Of a stretch of 64,000 nucleotides of DNA, positions 21,442 through 34,012 are shown piece after piece (within the stretch, counting starts at the first letter, position 1; the number at the start of each line of letters is the position of its first letter). Source of the stretch: Flectonema sp. DT1601. Its lineage: Eukaryota. The translations under genes and the position numbers were made by a program. Where the stretch lies: positions 992,001-1,056,000 of the forward strand of contig OZ025801.1 of NCBI GenBank assembly GCA_964019425.1, given 5' to 3'. Under the pieces are notes generated by a model, which did no database searches, was not told the origin of the DNA, and saw only the letters and a list, made by a program, of their open reading frames with translations.

Positions 21442-22980
21442 ATGCTACGATATTGCCCAGCCGCGGAAAGCGATAACACCAATAACGCTGTTCGCGCTAC
21501 GAACAACAGTCGACAATACAGTAAGACCTGTAGAAATTGGAAACGAGGCGAATGTTGGTTTGGAGATGATTGCTGGTATGTTCTTTATCCGTCATCACGC
21601 AATAGCTCAATAGAATAGTTGAGACGTAAATAATAAAACAGGTTTTCTCATAGACGAAATGCTCCATCAAACGCAGCGAACACAGCAGCCGTTGATGAGA
21701 GCAGTGAATCAGTTGTTGTACAGCAAGTACCTAGTAGTGTAAGTGGAATTCAGTATCCCATAAATAATCACTCGAATACCAATGAAATACCCTACGATAC
21801 TATACCCAGTCGTGACGATAGGGAACCTAAAGTTAACCCTCCCAGTCAAGGGAATAACAATACGGGTGGTAATCCTTTACTTAGAGCGTCTTGGGGTCAG
21901 TTTTTGACCTCAAATAGTAATGGTAGTTACCCAAATAATAATCAGAGTCAGCAACATCAACATCAACATCAGCAGCAGCAGCAGCAACCCCCACAGGTAA
22001 ACCAACAACTGTATGGAGGATATGATAGCAGTGGGTGGAATACGAATAGAAGTCCTGTTGTACAGATGCCTCAGCAACATGTTTATCAACAACATACTCC
22101 AGTTGTTCATCATGTTCAGTCACATCCTTGTCCTCATTTTGTTCATCCTTCAGTGCAGGGAGTGCCACCGCCGCCTCCTCCACCGCCGGTGCAGATGCAG
22201 CCGTTGCATCCTTGTCCTGCTCATCCATCAAATGTGATTCAACCTCCTCCACAACAGCAGTCTATTCCTCCACCTGGATATGTGTATCACCCTGTGCAAC
22301 CCCCGCCACCACCACCACCGCCGCCACCTCCAATCTCACAGGGACAGTTACCTCCAATGGTAGCTCCTCATACTCCACCACAACCAACTCGAATGCAACT
22401 TCCCCCAACGCATCCTCATTACCACAACCCTCATAGAGGAATATATTCCGTACGATACTACTATGGTTTCGTATGTTATGGAAGAGGTAGTGCTCCAGCA
22501 AGAAATGAAGATTTTCGAATACCAGAGGGACTGTTTGGAGAAGATGGCGAACTAACTGACGATTACGAAACACTCCTAGCACTCGATAAGAATAAAGTTA
22601 AAGTTGGAGTCTCTGATGAGCAACTGAGGGAAGAATTACGAGACGTTCCTTATGAATACCACGCAGAAGAACTTGAAACAGAAATGTGTACTATTTGTCA
22701 CGATAGGTATCATGAAGATACAAGTTGTCCTATATCAGAATTACCATGTTCTCATAGATATCATACGAGTTGTATTAAGACTTGGTTATCATGTAATACA
22801 AGATGTCCAATATGTAATTGGGACTCATGGAAAGGTGGCAAACACGTTGTCGACTCCGACACCGTCAGTAATTGGTCGAACACTACAGCAGGAACAACAT
22901 CAACATCTAGAAGAAGAATTGTAAGAGATTACTCAGATATTTCTTCTTGGGATGATTGGTTCTACAGCACTGTTACGTGA
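21442..22980 (+). CDS. CCCH zinc finger + Pro/Gln-rich + RING-H2 E3 ligase; exons 21442-21575 and 21642-22980
   Basis: Splicing the GTATG...AAAACAG intron (21576-21641) builds C-x7-C-x5-C-x3-H (CRNWKRGECWFGDDCWFSH). Exon 2 is open into the listed ORF, which has YETLLALD and RING-H2 CTIC...LPCSHRYHTSCIKTWL...CPIC. Confidence 0.88.
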
Positions 22981-25900
22981 TAATGTCTTTATACGACAGA
23001 AATCTCACCCAGTGTTCTAAAGCGGTGTAGGATCCTTTTTGGACTATTTGTGGGACTCTGTATGATGCTTGTTGGGGCATTGGGGGTCACAAAAAAAAAA
23101 AAAAAAAAATAATAACAATTTACCACTTCGTATGGTACTCTTGCTCCATCCCTCCCTCTGTAATGAATGCCTGTTTTTTTTTTTATTTTTTTTATTCTTT
23201 TTCTTGATTGGCAGGTTACTTAACGAAAAAAAAAAAAAAAAAACTTTTTTTTTTTCTAAATTTTTTTTTTCTTTTTTTTCACACAATTTTATATTATCTT
23301 TTTCTTACTACCAGTAATAGTCTGTATTACAGACTAAGAAGTCTGGAGCACACAAAGTAGAAATTATTAAGCATACTTTTGGAGGAAAAAAAAACAAAAA
23401 AAAAACAAAAAAACAAAAAGTACTTAGAAAAGACGCAGTGTTCGGTTGGAAGTGGTAAACACTTTGCTGCATTTATCTTCTTTAAAAAAGGTAACGAGGG
23501 TGTTTTATGCCTTCTGGTTGGCTTTTGATTTACTTTTCAAAGTAATTGAAAAACGTGGGGGTAAAAAAAAAAAAAAAAAACCGTCGCCGAAACATCAACC
23601 TAAGTGTTGATATTGGTTTTCTATCGTATTCAACAAAATATACAAATTTCTAAAACAGAAAAAAAAAAAAAAAAAAAAAAGGGGGCAAAAATCTAGAAAC
23701 TTTCAGAAACCTGAAAAAAAAAAAGGAAAAAACCCTCGACAAATCTTGTTTCATATTTTTTATCATATTTCACACCTGCCGAATTAGCTTTGCAGTTATT
23801 TCCTTCTTATCACGCATTCCAATACGTGTTTTGATGGGAAGCTCAGTTGCTGGTCCCGCATCTCTTTTCTAATTTAGTAAAACATGCAAGAAGTGATCGG
23901 CGCTGCTATTGTTTCTCTCTCTCCTTGCCTCTTTTTGTTTTTCCTAAGTGAATACTAGTGTAAGAACGAGTGGGAGGAGGGGAAAAAAAAAAAAAAAAAA
24001 GTGTAAATGAAGAACAAGGCAATAAAAATGTAAGTTCGGAGACCCTGAAAAAAATGTCTCGTTTTACAAGTCTCTCTGTCCCCATTGCCCCAGTGCGTCT
24101 CTTTGTGAAAACTGTACAAGGAAATGATTATTTTGTGTTACTGCGCACGTCTATTTTGGATTCTTGTTATGTTTTTTGTGATTTCGACGTTCAGAAACGG
24201 AAGATAGTGTTGACGTTGACTGGTGTTCCATTCCCTCCCTCTGTTTGCAGCAACTGCTGTAGGGATAGCTTATATATATATTTCTTCTTTATTTATTTAT
24301 TTATTACTGTTGCTTTGTAGCACCTGCTCATTCCCCCTTTCTATTTCCACAAACACGGTTCTCCCTTCCCTCCGGCATGATGCGTATTTTGCGTTTTTTT
24401 ATTGTTTTCAGATTACTGATGGTGCCAGCACCGCTGCTTGTCGCGGAGTAATGCTTCGCGGCTTCTTTGGATGTTGGCCTGTGTCTGATACAATGGGCCC
24501 CCCCCCTTCCCTTATTTTATTAAGTTTATAGAAGCCACCTTCGCTTACTGTCTCTACTCTAAACGCGGGGTTTTCCCTCATTTTTTTTTTTTTTTTTTCT
24601 TCCACCATTTCACGATTGAATTAAAGCGTTTATTTATTTTTTTTTTTTTTCCCCCTGTTCTTTTTATAGTTTACGTTCTTTTTTTCATCTTTAAAAAAAA
24701 AGTCAAGAATCTTTCCGGGGAACGAACGGTGCATGTACCAAAAAAAAAAAAAAAAAAAGATGAGAGAAAATGAAATATACAGCAGTGTCTGCATGTGTGT
24801 TGCTGTGCAGTGGACACGTCGTAAATTCGATCTTAGTTAAAAGGTGTGAACATCTTTTTAAAGCAAACCAAAGATTCTGTTTCCTCATTTAAAGCAATTC
24901 CAGTAGAGGGAAACGATGTTTGAGCTTCCCCTTTGCTTCTATTGTGAAGAAAAAAAAAAAAAAAAAAAATAAGAAAATAGAAAATGAAAAAACTCAACTC
25001 TCGAACGCGAATCTACCCCTTCCGTTGTGGCTGGGAAAGTATAGGGAAAGATAAAAAAAAAATTGTAAGCAGATCAAAATTACATTCGCACTGCACAACG
25101 CAGCACGAAAGGAAGGTGATACGACTATTTTTAAAAAAAAAAAAGAGCGAACGAACACTAGAAGAAAAAAATACAAAATGCGTTAATGTTCAGGGAACAA
25201 ATTATATGCGAGTTTGGTGCCCCACTTTTCTATCCACGATTCTCTTCCCAGTGTCCAACCCGGGGAAAAAAAAAAAAAAAAAAAATTGAGTCAGCAGTAA
25301 TAACTGGATTGTGCCATATTCATCAGTTGCACGCTGCGGCTTCCCATTTCCATATCTTCAGACCTCCCCTTACACTTATTCGGACTTCGTCCGCTTTTTG
25401 CCTTCCATCCCAGCATCTCAAACCCCGTTTTTTTTGCACCGCTTTTTTCTTTTTTCCGCTTTGCTTCTGCCCCTTTCCACACACGTTCCTCCCTCCTCAC
25501 CTCCCTGGGTTACTGTTTTGACCCCTTTTTTTTTAAAAATTACGGAAAATAATTCGTGTTTCTGGCCGGCAGGCGTGCAAGTTACGAATTGCTGTGAGGA
25601 AAAAAAAAAAAAAAAAAAAAAAATAGAAATGAGAAGAAGAAAAACGGACAGAAAGCCGGTGCACAGTAGGGTATTGACAGGAAATGAGAAAATAATTGTT
25701 AAAAATAGAAACGTCTTATTGACAGTCGATCAATAATAAAAAAAAAAAGTATGTTAATTTCCCCTACTTGTTTGCATCAGTAAAAAGTTTTATTTTCTTG
25801 TGTCTAAATCGAAGTATTTTGATTGAGAAACGGACTGCAAGCTCGTGTTCTAAACATAAAAAATACCCTTGTGCTCAACATGAATAAGAATGTAAAACAA

Positions 25901-25995
25901 AATAACACTGAAGCTACCATGCTGGGTTTTGTGTGGATTGGTTCTAAAATTGTGGAATCCTTCCCCAACCTTCTTTTCCCTGCTCTCTCTCTCTC

Positions 25996-26030
<35 letters not shown>

Positions 26031-27338
26031 TTATTGTTGTTCAAGATGAAAATAACCACACGTGGTTTTTTTTTTTGCTCATCGCCTGACCCTGTTACTT
26101 AGGAGGTGGAAAGAGGAAAAAAAAAAAAAAAATGTTTAAAGTTGCCCATTAACCGTCACACCACAGCAGCAGACATTCTTGTCTGCCAATCACAGCATGT
26201 TAGCTATGAGGATATTGATACAGAGCTGTTCTTACCTGTCTTATGCTTTACGAGTAGTTCAAATAAGGAATTTCTAGCTTCAGCGTCTTTTTTGAATGAA
26301 TGTCGGCATTCTTGCCAGCTGGTGTGTCTGAAGGAAAAAAAAAAAAAAATAATAATAATAATAATAATAATGCTGAAGGACAGGCATTCTTGCCTGGGCT
26401 ATGAACTCTTGCAAAGCATATAGAACATGTTAGCTAACCAACCATAAGGGGGGGGGCGATTATTATGTTAGTTTGTATGTTTCATCTACGCTCTAGGCAT
26501 TCTTGCAAGTAGATTATAAGATTTCGCATACCTCGCTTCTTGTGTTGCTTCTGAATTACAGATACGTACCCACTGTATGATAGGCATTCTTGCCCAACAA
26601 AGTCCATAAAGGAAATCTGTAATCCAGTTCAATTCCCGGAATCAACATTTTTTTTTTTTTTTTTAAAATGAAAAAGCAATTTATCATATTATTCCCGTTA
26701 TATCTCAGCCAACGCTTTCATTTATTCTCTTGCATTCCGGATATTGCTGCACTTCTGTCGTACATATCGTGAGGGTATTTAGTTGTCGGATTTGAGTCAT
26801 TGTAAGTCAGCAGCAATATCATTTTAAAAAAAAAAAAAAATAATAATAAACATGTCGCTCTTTGCGTTATCAAACAGGCATATTTACTGCAAAATAAATA
26901 GTGAACCAGGCATTCCTGCTTGCAAACTTGACTGCCTTAAAGTAACATTTTTGTGTTTAAGTCAGGGAGAGACTACGAAGTGCACCTTGCCCGTTGACTT
27001 GTGGTTGCGAATTTTCGCACTGGCAATAAACAGAAGAAAACAATTTACCGCAAAAAAAAAAAACTAAAAAAAAAAAAAAAAAAAAAACACTACCTTGTAA
27101 AATAACGAAATACCCAAATTAAACAAAGCACGGCAAAGGAATGCCGCCCTACCCCCCCACTGCCTGACAATAGAAAAAAATGCAGAAAGTTGGGACACAA
27201 ATGTTATAGACAAAGAGAGCATTAAATAATAATCTATTTTTACTACGACAGGTATCCGCTCTAAAGATTGTCATTCGTTGTATCTGTAGGATAAAAACAG
27301 CAATTACTTTTTACACACAGCTCATTAAGACCCCAAGT

Positions 27339-29164
27339 ATGCCGTCCTTAGACACAGCCGACAGACCGCTCACCCAGAGGAGATCGATGAGCGCTGGAGC
27401 AACAAGAAGAAATCTCGGACTGAGTGTAAACACGACATTCACTACTACCCCAAAGAAAAGAATAAAGAGACTGGTGCTAGGACCTGGTGAGGACGTACCT
27501 GGAGGTGATCAGGTCAACTTATCACCTGAACCACTTATGGCAGGAGAGAGAATTCCAATAAAGAAGGGAAAGAAATTAGTTGCTAAACAACCAGAAAATA
27601 CTGAAATCAGAAAACAAAGAGTATTAGTAAAGAGAAAAAACACAGCAAGAACTACGGAAATGCTTCAACACTGTGACGCTGAGCACGAGTACGATCTCAG
27701 AGACGCTCCAACGATGCCTGTTGAAGGATCGAGCAGGAGAGCTATGGCAAAGCCTCTCTCACAAGCTACGATCACTCGTAAGGAAGGAGGTCCTCTTGGT
27801 CTTACTATTGATGAAAACCTCGTTGTGACTCAAGTAGTAAGAGGAACAGCTGCGGAAACAGCTGGTCTGAAGGCAGGTATTCGTCTTTCAACTGTTGATG
27901 GTGTTCGTATTCGCACTCAAGAAGATGCTATTCAGGCATTGAGATCTGCTGGTGAAGAAGTAAACCTTGGTATCTCTCTTGAAACTACTGCACCTGCAAT
28001 GAGACAAGAAGGAATAGTTGCTGGTGTTCAAACTTCTCAAACGACTCAACAATCAGCGAGACGTTCTCGTCGTCCTGGTGGACGAGAATCGTCGATGCCG
28101 CCGTTTGGTTGCACTGAAGAGATTGCCAGCGTTCGTAAGCCAACCGGCCTCGGACCTCCTGGTCTTGGACCACAACTCCATGACTGGGGTGAAGATGGTG
28201 CCTCTCGACTACGTTTCAAGAAGAGCGTTAACGGTAACGACCCTTTCAAACCGAACTTGTACGTTCCAGAACTTTCCGGTTCACAGCAACGCAACCATCA
28301 AGGAAACAAGACTTCTTATGAAGTCGCTGATGAACGAGGCGAGACCGACGCAGACGGCACCTGGTCAATGAAAAGAGAATTGATGAGAACTGGAAAACAA
28401 CAAACCAACAAAGAAGTAACTGAAAGAAGAAATGGTGACATCATTACTGATGTTAACAATGGTGCGTTTGTTGAGACACCAAGAAGGGGGAAGGACAGAG
28501 CAGCATCTCCGATGGCGTGTAGGAATCCGGCATCTGGAGCTCCAAAGGGACAGGAGCAGAAACATATGACTGGACGGAGATGTAATGCTGAGAGTTATAG
28601 AATTGATTCAGAACTTCTGCACTTCAACCCGGCTGGGACTCCAACTAGTTCTCAACGTCGTACTATGACTCCAGGAAGATATCGTCATTCTCCTCATGAC
28701 TCTGGTGACTTTATTGGAAATCGGGGATTTGATCCAAAACCAGCCGTAAAGACTGGTATCCGATCTGTCCCTCACATCTATGACCTCCCTCAACCAGTTC
28801 CAAGACAGTTCCGTCCAACACCTCGTCATCAGGTCAGTACTCCTTCTCCTTCTGATATTTTCAACGTCTGCGGCTACCGTGGAGATTGCAAAGACACTCG
28901 CAATCACGAGCGAAGCAGATCCGCACGTGGAGTCTCCCCACGTAACTATTCTAGTATTAATTTTACTCATGTTTCAGAGGGTCAGCAGGTATGTCTTTTA
29001 TTGTTGTAATTAATTCTACACTGGTGGAATAATAAATATAAAACACACGAATACAGGCGACTACTCCTGTCGACCCGGGAACACCACGTAAGGGTAAAGC
29101 TGCTGGAGCAATGGTCCCACCTCGCCCCCAGGCAGGATACTTACCATGGGGTGAGCGTGAATAG
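27339..29164 (+). CDS. PDZ-domain protein; exons 27339-28988 and 29057-29164
   Basis: PDZ signature ITRKEGGPLGLTI...VVRGTAAETAGLKAG...VDG. A phase-0 intron CAG|GTATG...ATACAG| adds 35 codons ending at TAG 29164. Confidence 0.82.
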
Positions 29165-29828
29165 TTTTATTGTATGCCCACACGTTCATTCTGTTGATCT
29201 GTGATAATGCTTTAGTCTTTGTAATTTATATTGGTAGTTACGTCCTGTATCAGTTTTGCTTTTTTTTTTTTTTTTTTTCCCTTCCCGATTTCACTTGTCC
29301 CTTGTTTTACGGATACTCGAATCGAATCGAATTTATTGTACAAATTTAGAACGAACGTAAAATATTAAAAAAAAAAAAAAAAGGAAAAGAACCTTTTATG
29401 CGGTAGTGGATCATTACTGTTAATAAAAAAAAAAGAACGAAACAAAAAAAGTTAAAAAAAAAAAAAAAAAAAAAAAACCCTGTTTAAGACTCCTCTCTAT
29501 TTATTCTTGAAAAATTAGTTGTCAAAAAAAAAAAAAAAAAACTTTTTTTTTACGGACGACCATTATTCTTACCTATTTGCTCAGCTGTTGGACATTATGA
29601 GGTCGTGGAGAGCTGTTTGCAAAGCACATCTTCATTCAGCAAAATAGGATTCCGAATAGTTCGTTTTATTTCCCCCCGTTCTTAGTCATAATAAAGTTAT
29701 TAGAAAAGTGGAAAGAAAAAAAAAAAGTCACCTTGTTGTCCTTCCTTGTACCGATTTTTAAAAAAAAAAAATGAAACTCAATTTGGTAAAAATAATTGTT
29801 TAATATGCGCTTCTCAATACAGGAAAGT

Positions 29829-29829
29829 A

Positions 29830-29887
<58 letters not shown>
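29829..29887 (+). repeat. (AAT)n microsatellite
   Basis: About 19 perfect AAT units. Confidence 0.95.
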
Positions 29888-29972
29888 GGTGTGAAGACTA
29901 TGTGATGAGAGGTGTGTTGTAACTGTTGATAAAATTGTATCTAAAAAAAAAAAGAAAAAAAATAATACAAAA

Positions 29973-30518
29973 ATGATTCGACGCTACACCGTGGCGGGTA
30001 TTAGCCGCATTGGTTCCCGAACCTACAAAAATTCAGAACCACATGACGAGCACAGATATCAACAAAGAAAGACTGGAAGAAGTATGTCAGCAATAAATTC
30101 AGCGGAGGGAGCTTCACGAAGAATGCTAAACAGAGAAAATAAAGTAGCACCGGAAGGCAAACCATATTCAAAACCGACGTGTGTTTTCCTCGGGTTTGTT
30201 GAATGGGACAGAGACGGAAGGCTACCTCACGAAGCCCAAGATCGCGCAATGGACTCCGCCAGCATAATTGGATTTGGAGAAAACGCTCGAGCAGCGACTT
30301 TTGAAGAATACGAAAATAGTCAAATTCAAAACCTCCCTCCAGCTAACGACTCCGGACTTTGGCTACACTTTACTGGTCAGACAGGATGGGGATTAGATAA
30401 CGGTAAAGGCTACCAGTGGAAGAAATGTATTTGGAGAAGACGTTCTCTAAACGGTACCTTCACAGAAGATTCCTGCTCTGCCAGTATATGTTCCGCTATT
30501 GCTGTTCAACCATTATAA
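29973..30518 (+). CDS. Small hypothetical protein, possible mitochondrial presequence
   Basis: 181-aa ORF starting MIRRYTVAGISRIGSR. Confidence 0.65.
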   Translation: MIRRYTVAGISRIGSRTYKNSEPHDEHRYQQRKTGRSMSAINSAEGASRRMLNRENKVAPEGKPYSKPTCVFLGFVEWDRDGRLPHEAQDRAMDSASIIGFGENARAATFEEYENSQIQNLPPANDSGLWLHFTGQTGWGLDNGKGYQWKKCIWRRRSLNGTFTEDSCSASICSAIAVQPL

Positions 30519-30823
30519 CGACACTTTTAAAAAAGTTGTGATTTCTGTAATTTATTAAGTCGATAAGTTTTGCTGCTGCAATTCAAAGTAAGCAGTTTTA
30601 TCTGCTGGTTTTCGGTATGTCATCACCTTGTGAGTGATGTTTCTTTTTGGTATTCTCACGCATTGAGAACAGAGAGTAGACAACAGTTGTCGTAGTGTGT
30701 TTTATGAACTTTAAAATACAACGAGAAAAAAACCGAAACAACTACGTTAGAATAACGAACGATTTTACTTTAGTTATTACAACTAACTCGTTACATATAT
30801 TCCCAATCAGAGATAAAAATAAA

Positions 30824-33811
30824 ATGTCACGACGAGGGAGTGTCAGAGGTGTTGAGGAACTATCAAGGTTAATATTTAATTATTTTGATAAAGATAAAGA
30901 CGGATTTTGGAACGCTGCAGAACTTTCTGCAGCGATCAATGCAACAGAACAACGACAATTACCACACAATGAATACCTTGACATGTGTGCTGCTAGTGGA
31001 AGTAATCCTGAAGAAGGACTATCGTCACACTTCGTAACAAAACAATATGAAGAAGACAGTCAATCACTTGTAAGAGATGCGAGAATCGTAAAAGAATTAG
31101 AATTAGAAAATCGTTCAAGGAGAGGATCGGTACCGTCGACGGTAGAATTCGAACAACCAATTAAAAAAGTAGGTACCTGCCCTGTTGTAAGCTCTCGAAG
31201 GTTTAGTATAGACAATAGCGAGTACTCAGTCCCACCACCTTCTTCGAGTAGGCAGACGGCTGCTTCAGTTATTTCAGACTTTGATGTGACGAGTGATGGA
31301 GATCCGTTTTATGAACCAACTCTTACTCCGATCACTAGTATTACACAAACACCAACACTAGCAAGTTATAAAGTCACCCCATCTGCTAAATCAATAAATC
31401 CAACAGAAAGTTTATCACTTCTGACAGCAACAATGGCGACGACAGCAGCAACAGCAACAGCAACTGTTATAAAGGATGATGATGATGACGATTTGAAAAA
31501 CTTCCACAGCTGTATTAGTGACACCTCATCATTCTCAGGACTATCAGCGAATGCTTCAATTCCGATTCAACTACCAGCTTCTGTTGAAGTTTTCAAAATA
31601 AGATTAGGTGACCTCACTAACATAGCCAACCTAACAGGACAAGTTGTTGTTGATTCGGGTGTTGTTTCAGAGTTACTACTACAATCGGGAGATGTATTAG
31701 TAGAGGTCAATGGTTCATCATTGTTGAGCCCGTTTGAGTATGTCAGGCAGATTGCGACTGCCAGTCGTTCAGATTCATGTTCGTTAAGTTTACTGAAAAA
31801 AGGAACAAATGAACCATTCACACTAGTGTTACCCACTGGCATACAGAACAGGGGGATGGGTTTAGCTCAAGAAATCCCATTCACTGGAGTCTCACTGTCA
31901 GCACGTCTTCATCAACACAGTGGTCACGTTGGTCAACTAGTCACACAATCAACAATGTCTGATTTCGATCCAAACTCTCTCAAACAAGGTGACTTAGTAA
32001 CACATGTCAATGGATCCTCAGTCTTCAATCTCGCACATTACAACTCAACATTAAAAACTGCTACACCAGGAATCGTACTGAACATCACATTAATGCGATC
32101 GGAAACTAACATGCTTGATACAATAAGACTAGTTGTGAATGGGCAACCAATAAGTAGCATTGCTGCATTGTGTATGGTTGTTGAGCCAAAAGTAATCCGA
32201 TCAGCGTGTGGTGGGGCAACTGGACAGCTAATTGTGGCGTGTCCACTACTGGGAGTTGACTCAACCAAAAGTAACAAACTAATTCTATCTCATATTGGTT
32301 GCGTACCAGTAGAGATGTCACACCAGATGAAAGAATTTATATTTGAAATCCGGCCCGGAGATAAGATCGAACTGCAAACATTTAATTGTGAAACAATCGT
32401 TTCAGAAAAACACACTGTCACAGTTGGAATAGAAGCAGTGGTTCCATACTTCACTGCATTGGATGAAAAAAAACAAAAAGGTTTGATAACAGAGAGGCAA
32501 TTTGAAAACGCAAAGAGAGCTGTTTTATCAATGAGCTTATCACCTGCTGTGAAGGTTGAAATTGAAAAACCTGTCAAAATAGAAAAACACGGCGACTATG
32601 ATACTCCAGCCCCGGTATATGAGATGGAACAACCTGACAGTCGTGTTAATCCTCAAAAAATAGTACATGAAAATAAGGTTTTTGAAACACCTACGTTAGA
32701 CACTTTACGGCCGATTAAATCCGCGGAAGGGTATCCACGCAGTGACTCAGTTAGTTATAATATACCGAAAGACCTTATTTCTCCTGTTAGACCTTTTGAC
32801 ATAGAACCACTTTGTTCGTATGACTATGGTGGAATACCAGATAATTCATTATATGATATGAATTATAGTCAAATACGACCATCAGTTGTTACGGTTTCAC
32901 CTGTCGATTGTTTAACGCCCATGTCGTATCAGAATGTTGGATCTTGTGTTCCACCTCCTGTTCCAACATTCTCTTTATCACGTCAACCACAACGCTATAG
33001 AGATACTCATAATATTAATATTAATCACAGTAGTCTGATGAGGAGGAGGACACCATTATCAGTGACGCCAGCTCCGTATGCGACTCCTGCTTCAGATGAT
33101 ATTGAAAAGAACTTTAGAAAGCAACGTTGTTTATTATCACCTAAGGGAAAGCCAAAACCTCTAACAGCACAACCTGTAAACACAGTTGATCAACAAAGAA
33201 ATCAAAGTAACATGATACCACTAACGTCAACCACTAATGATGTGATGGTGACATCATCTGTGTGGGATGCTAGTGTTCAAAAAGTAGCTGATGCAGCACA
33301 GTCTTGGAAGAAAGTTGCTCAAAACATTGAAACAGTTCTAAGTCACACGACTGCTGTCACTCAAGAGTTAGAAGAAAGGAATAAACTATCAAATCAAACT
33401 GAAGATTTAGCACCTGCTGAGGATGTTCTTGGACCAGTTCTCACTGACATCATTTGGAATAAAGCAAAGTATGCTAGAGAAGTCATCGCTGTTAATGTTG
33501 AGGTAAAACCTCCAATTCAACTCCGATGTCGTCTAATTAATTTTTTTGAAAAATATCGTCCAGACAAACTCCCCAGTGTTGTTAATACATTGATATCACA
33601 CCGTGGTAAAGAAGAGTCAGTCTTTACTGCTCTGACGGCTAAATACGGTCCGGAACCTGCTGCAGATATTCTTAGTGTACCACTAGCATTTAACTGGACA
33701 CAACAAGAAAGCCCACAAGGTGATGTTTTTTACGTAAATGTTGTTACCGGAGAGAAAAGATGGCAAAGACCTCTAAAAGACCGAACCATGGAAAGCGGTA
33801 GATACTCGTGA
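30824..33811 (+). CDS. Multidomain scaffold: EF-hand, PDZ-like repeats, SHOCT-like helix and C-terminal WW domain
   Basis: EF loop FDKDKDGFWNAAEL. LQSGDVLVEVNG and LKQGDLVTHVNG (PDZ). KQKGLITERQFENAK. WTQQESPQGDVFYVNVVTGEKRWQRP (WW). The likely ATG at 30824 follows a CAG acceptor. Confidence 0.85.
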   Translation: MSRRGSVRGVEELSRLIFNYFDKDKDGFWNAAELSAAINATEQRQLPHNEYLDMCAASGSNPEEGLSSHFVTKQYEEDSQSLVRDARIVKELELENRSRRGSVPSTVEFEQPIKKVGTCPVVSSRRFSIDNSEYSVPPPSSSRQTAASVISDFDVTSDGDPFYEPTLTPITSITQTPTLASYKVTPSAKSINPTESLSLLTATMATTAATATATVIKDDDDDDLKNFHSCISDTSSFSGLSANASIPIQLPASVEVFKIRLGDLTNIANLTGQVVVDSGVVSELLLQSGDVLVEVNGSSLLSPFEYVRQIATASRSDSCSLSLLKKGTNEPFTLVLPTGIQNRGMGLAQEIPFTGVSLSARLHQHSGHVGQLVTQSTMSDFDPNSLKQGDLVTHVNGSSVFNLAHYNSTLKTATPGIVLNITLMRSETNMLDTIRLVVNGQPISSIAALCMVVEPKVIRSACGGATGQLIVACPLLGVDSTKSNKLILSHIGCVPVEMSHQMKEFIFEIRPGDKIELQTFNCETIVSEKHTVTVGIEAVVPYFTALDEKKQKGLITERQFENAKRAVLSMSLSPAVKVEIEKPVKIEKHGDYDTPAPVYEMEQPDSRVNPQKIVHENKVFETPTLDTLRPIKSAEGYPRSDSVSYNIPKDLISPVRPFDIEPLCSYDYGGIPDNSLYDMNYSQIRPSVVTVSPVDCLTPMSYQNVGSCVPPPVPTFSLSRQPQRYRDTHNININHSSLMRRRTPLSVTPAPYATPASDDIEKNFRKQRCLLSPKGKPKPLTAQPVNTVDQQRNQSNMIPLTSTTNDVMVTSSVWDASVQKVADAAQSWKKVAQNIETVLSHTTAVTQELEERNKLSNQTEDLAPAEDVLGPVLTDIIWNKAKYAREVIAVNVEVKPPIQLRCRLINFFEKYRPDKLPSVVNTLISHRGKEESVFTALTAKYGPEPAADILSVPLAFNWTQQESPQGDVFYVNVVTGEKRWQRPLKDRTMESGRYS

Positions 33812-34012
33812 TCGATATCACAAAAAAAGAGAAAATAGCTGCTGTGGTATACTTTTATTTTATACATAATTAATACCGCCTATTTGTAACCTGTTAGATT
33901 TTATTTAGATAAGTTTATTCTCTTTTTTTTTTTCCCGCCTTTTTTATATTTGACTGTACTTCATACATAACATTATTATTATAATCAAACAGCAACAAGA
34001 ACCAAGTCAAAA

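Noticed and set aside
23000..27100. Short ORFs rich in poly-K/poly-F
   Set aside because: Products of A/T homopolymer runs with no coding signal. The same applies at 63134-63621.
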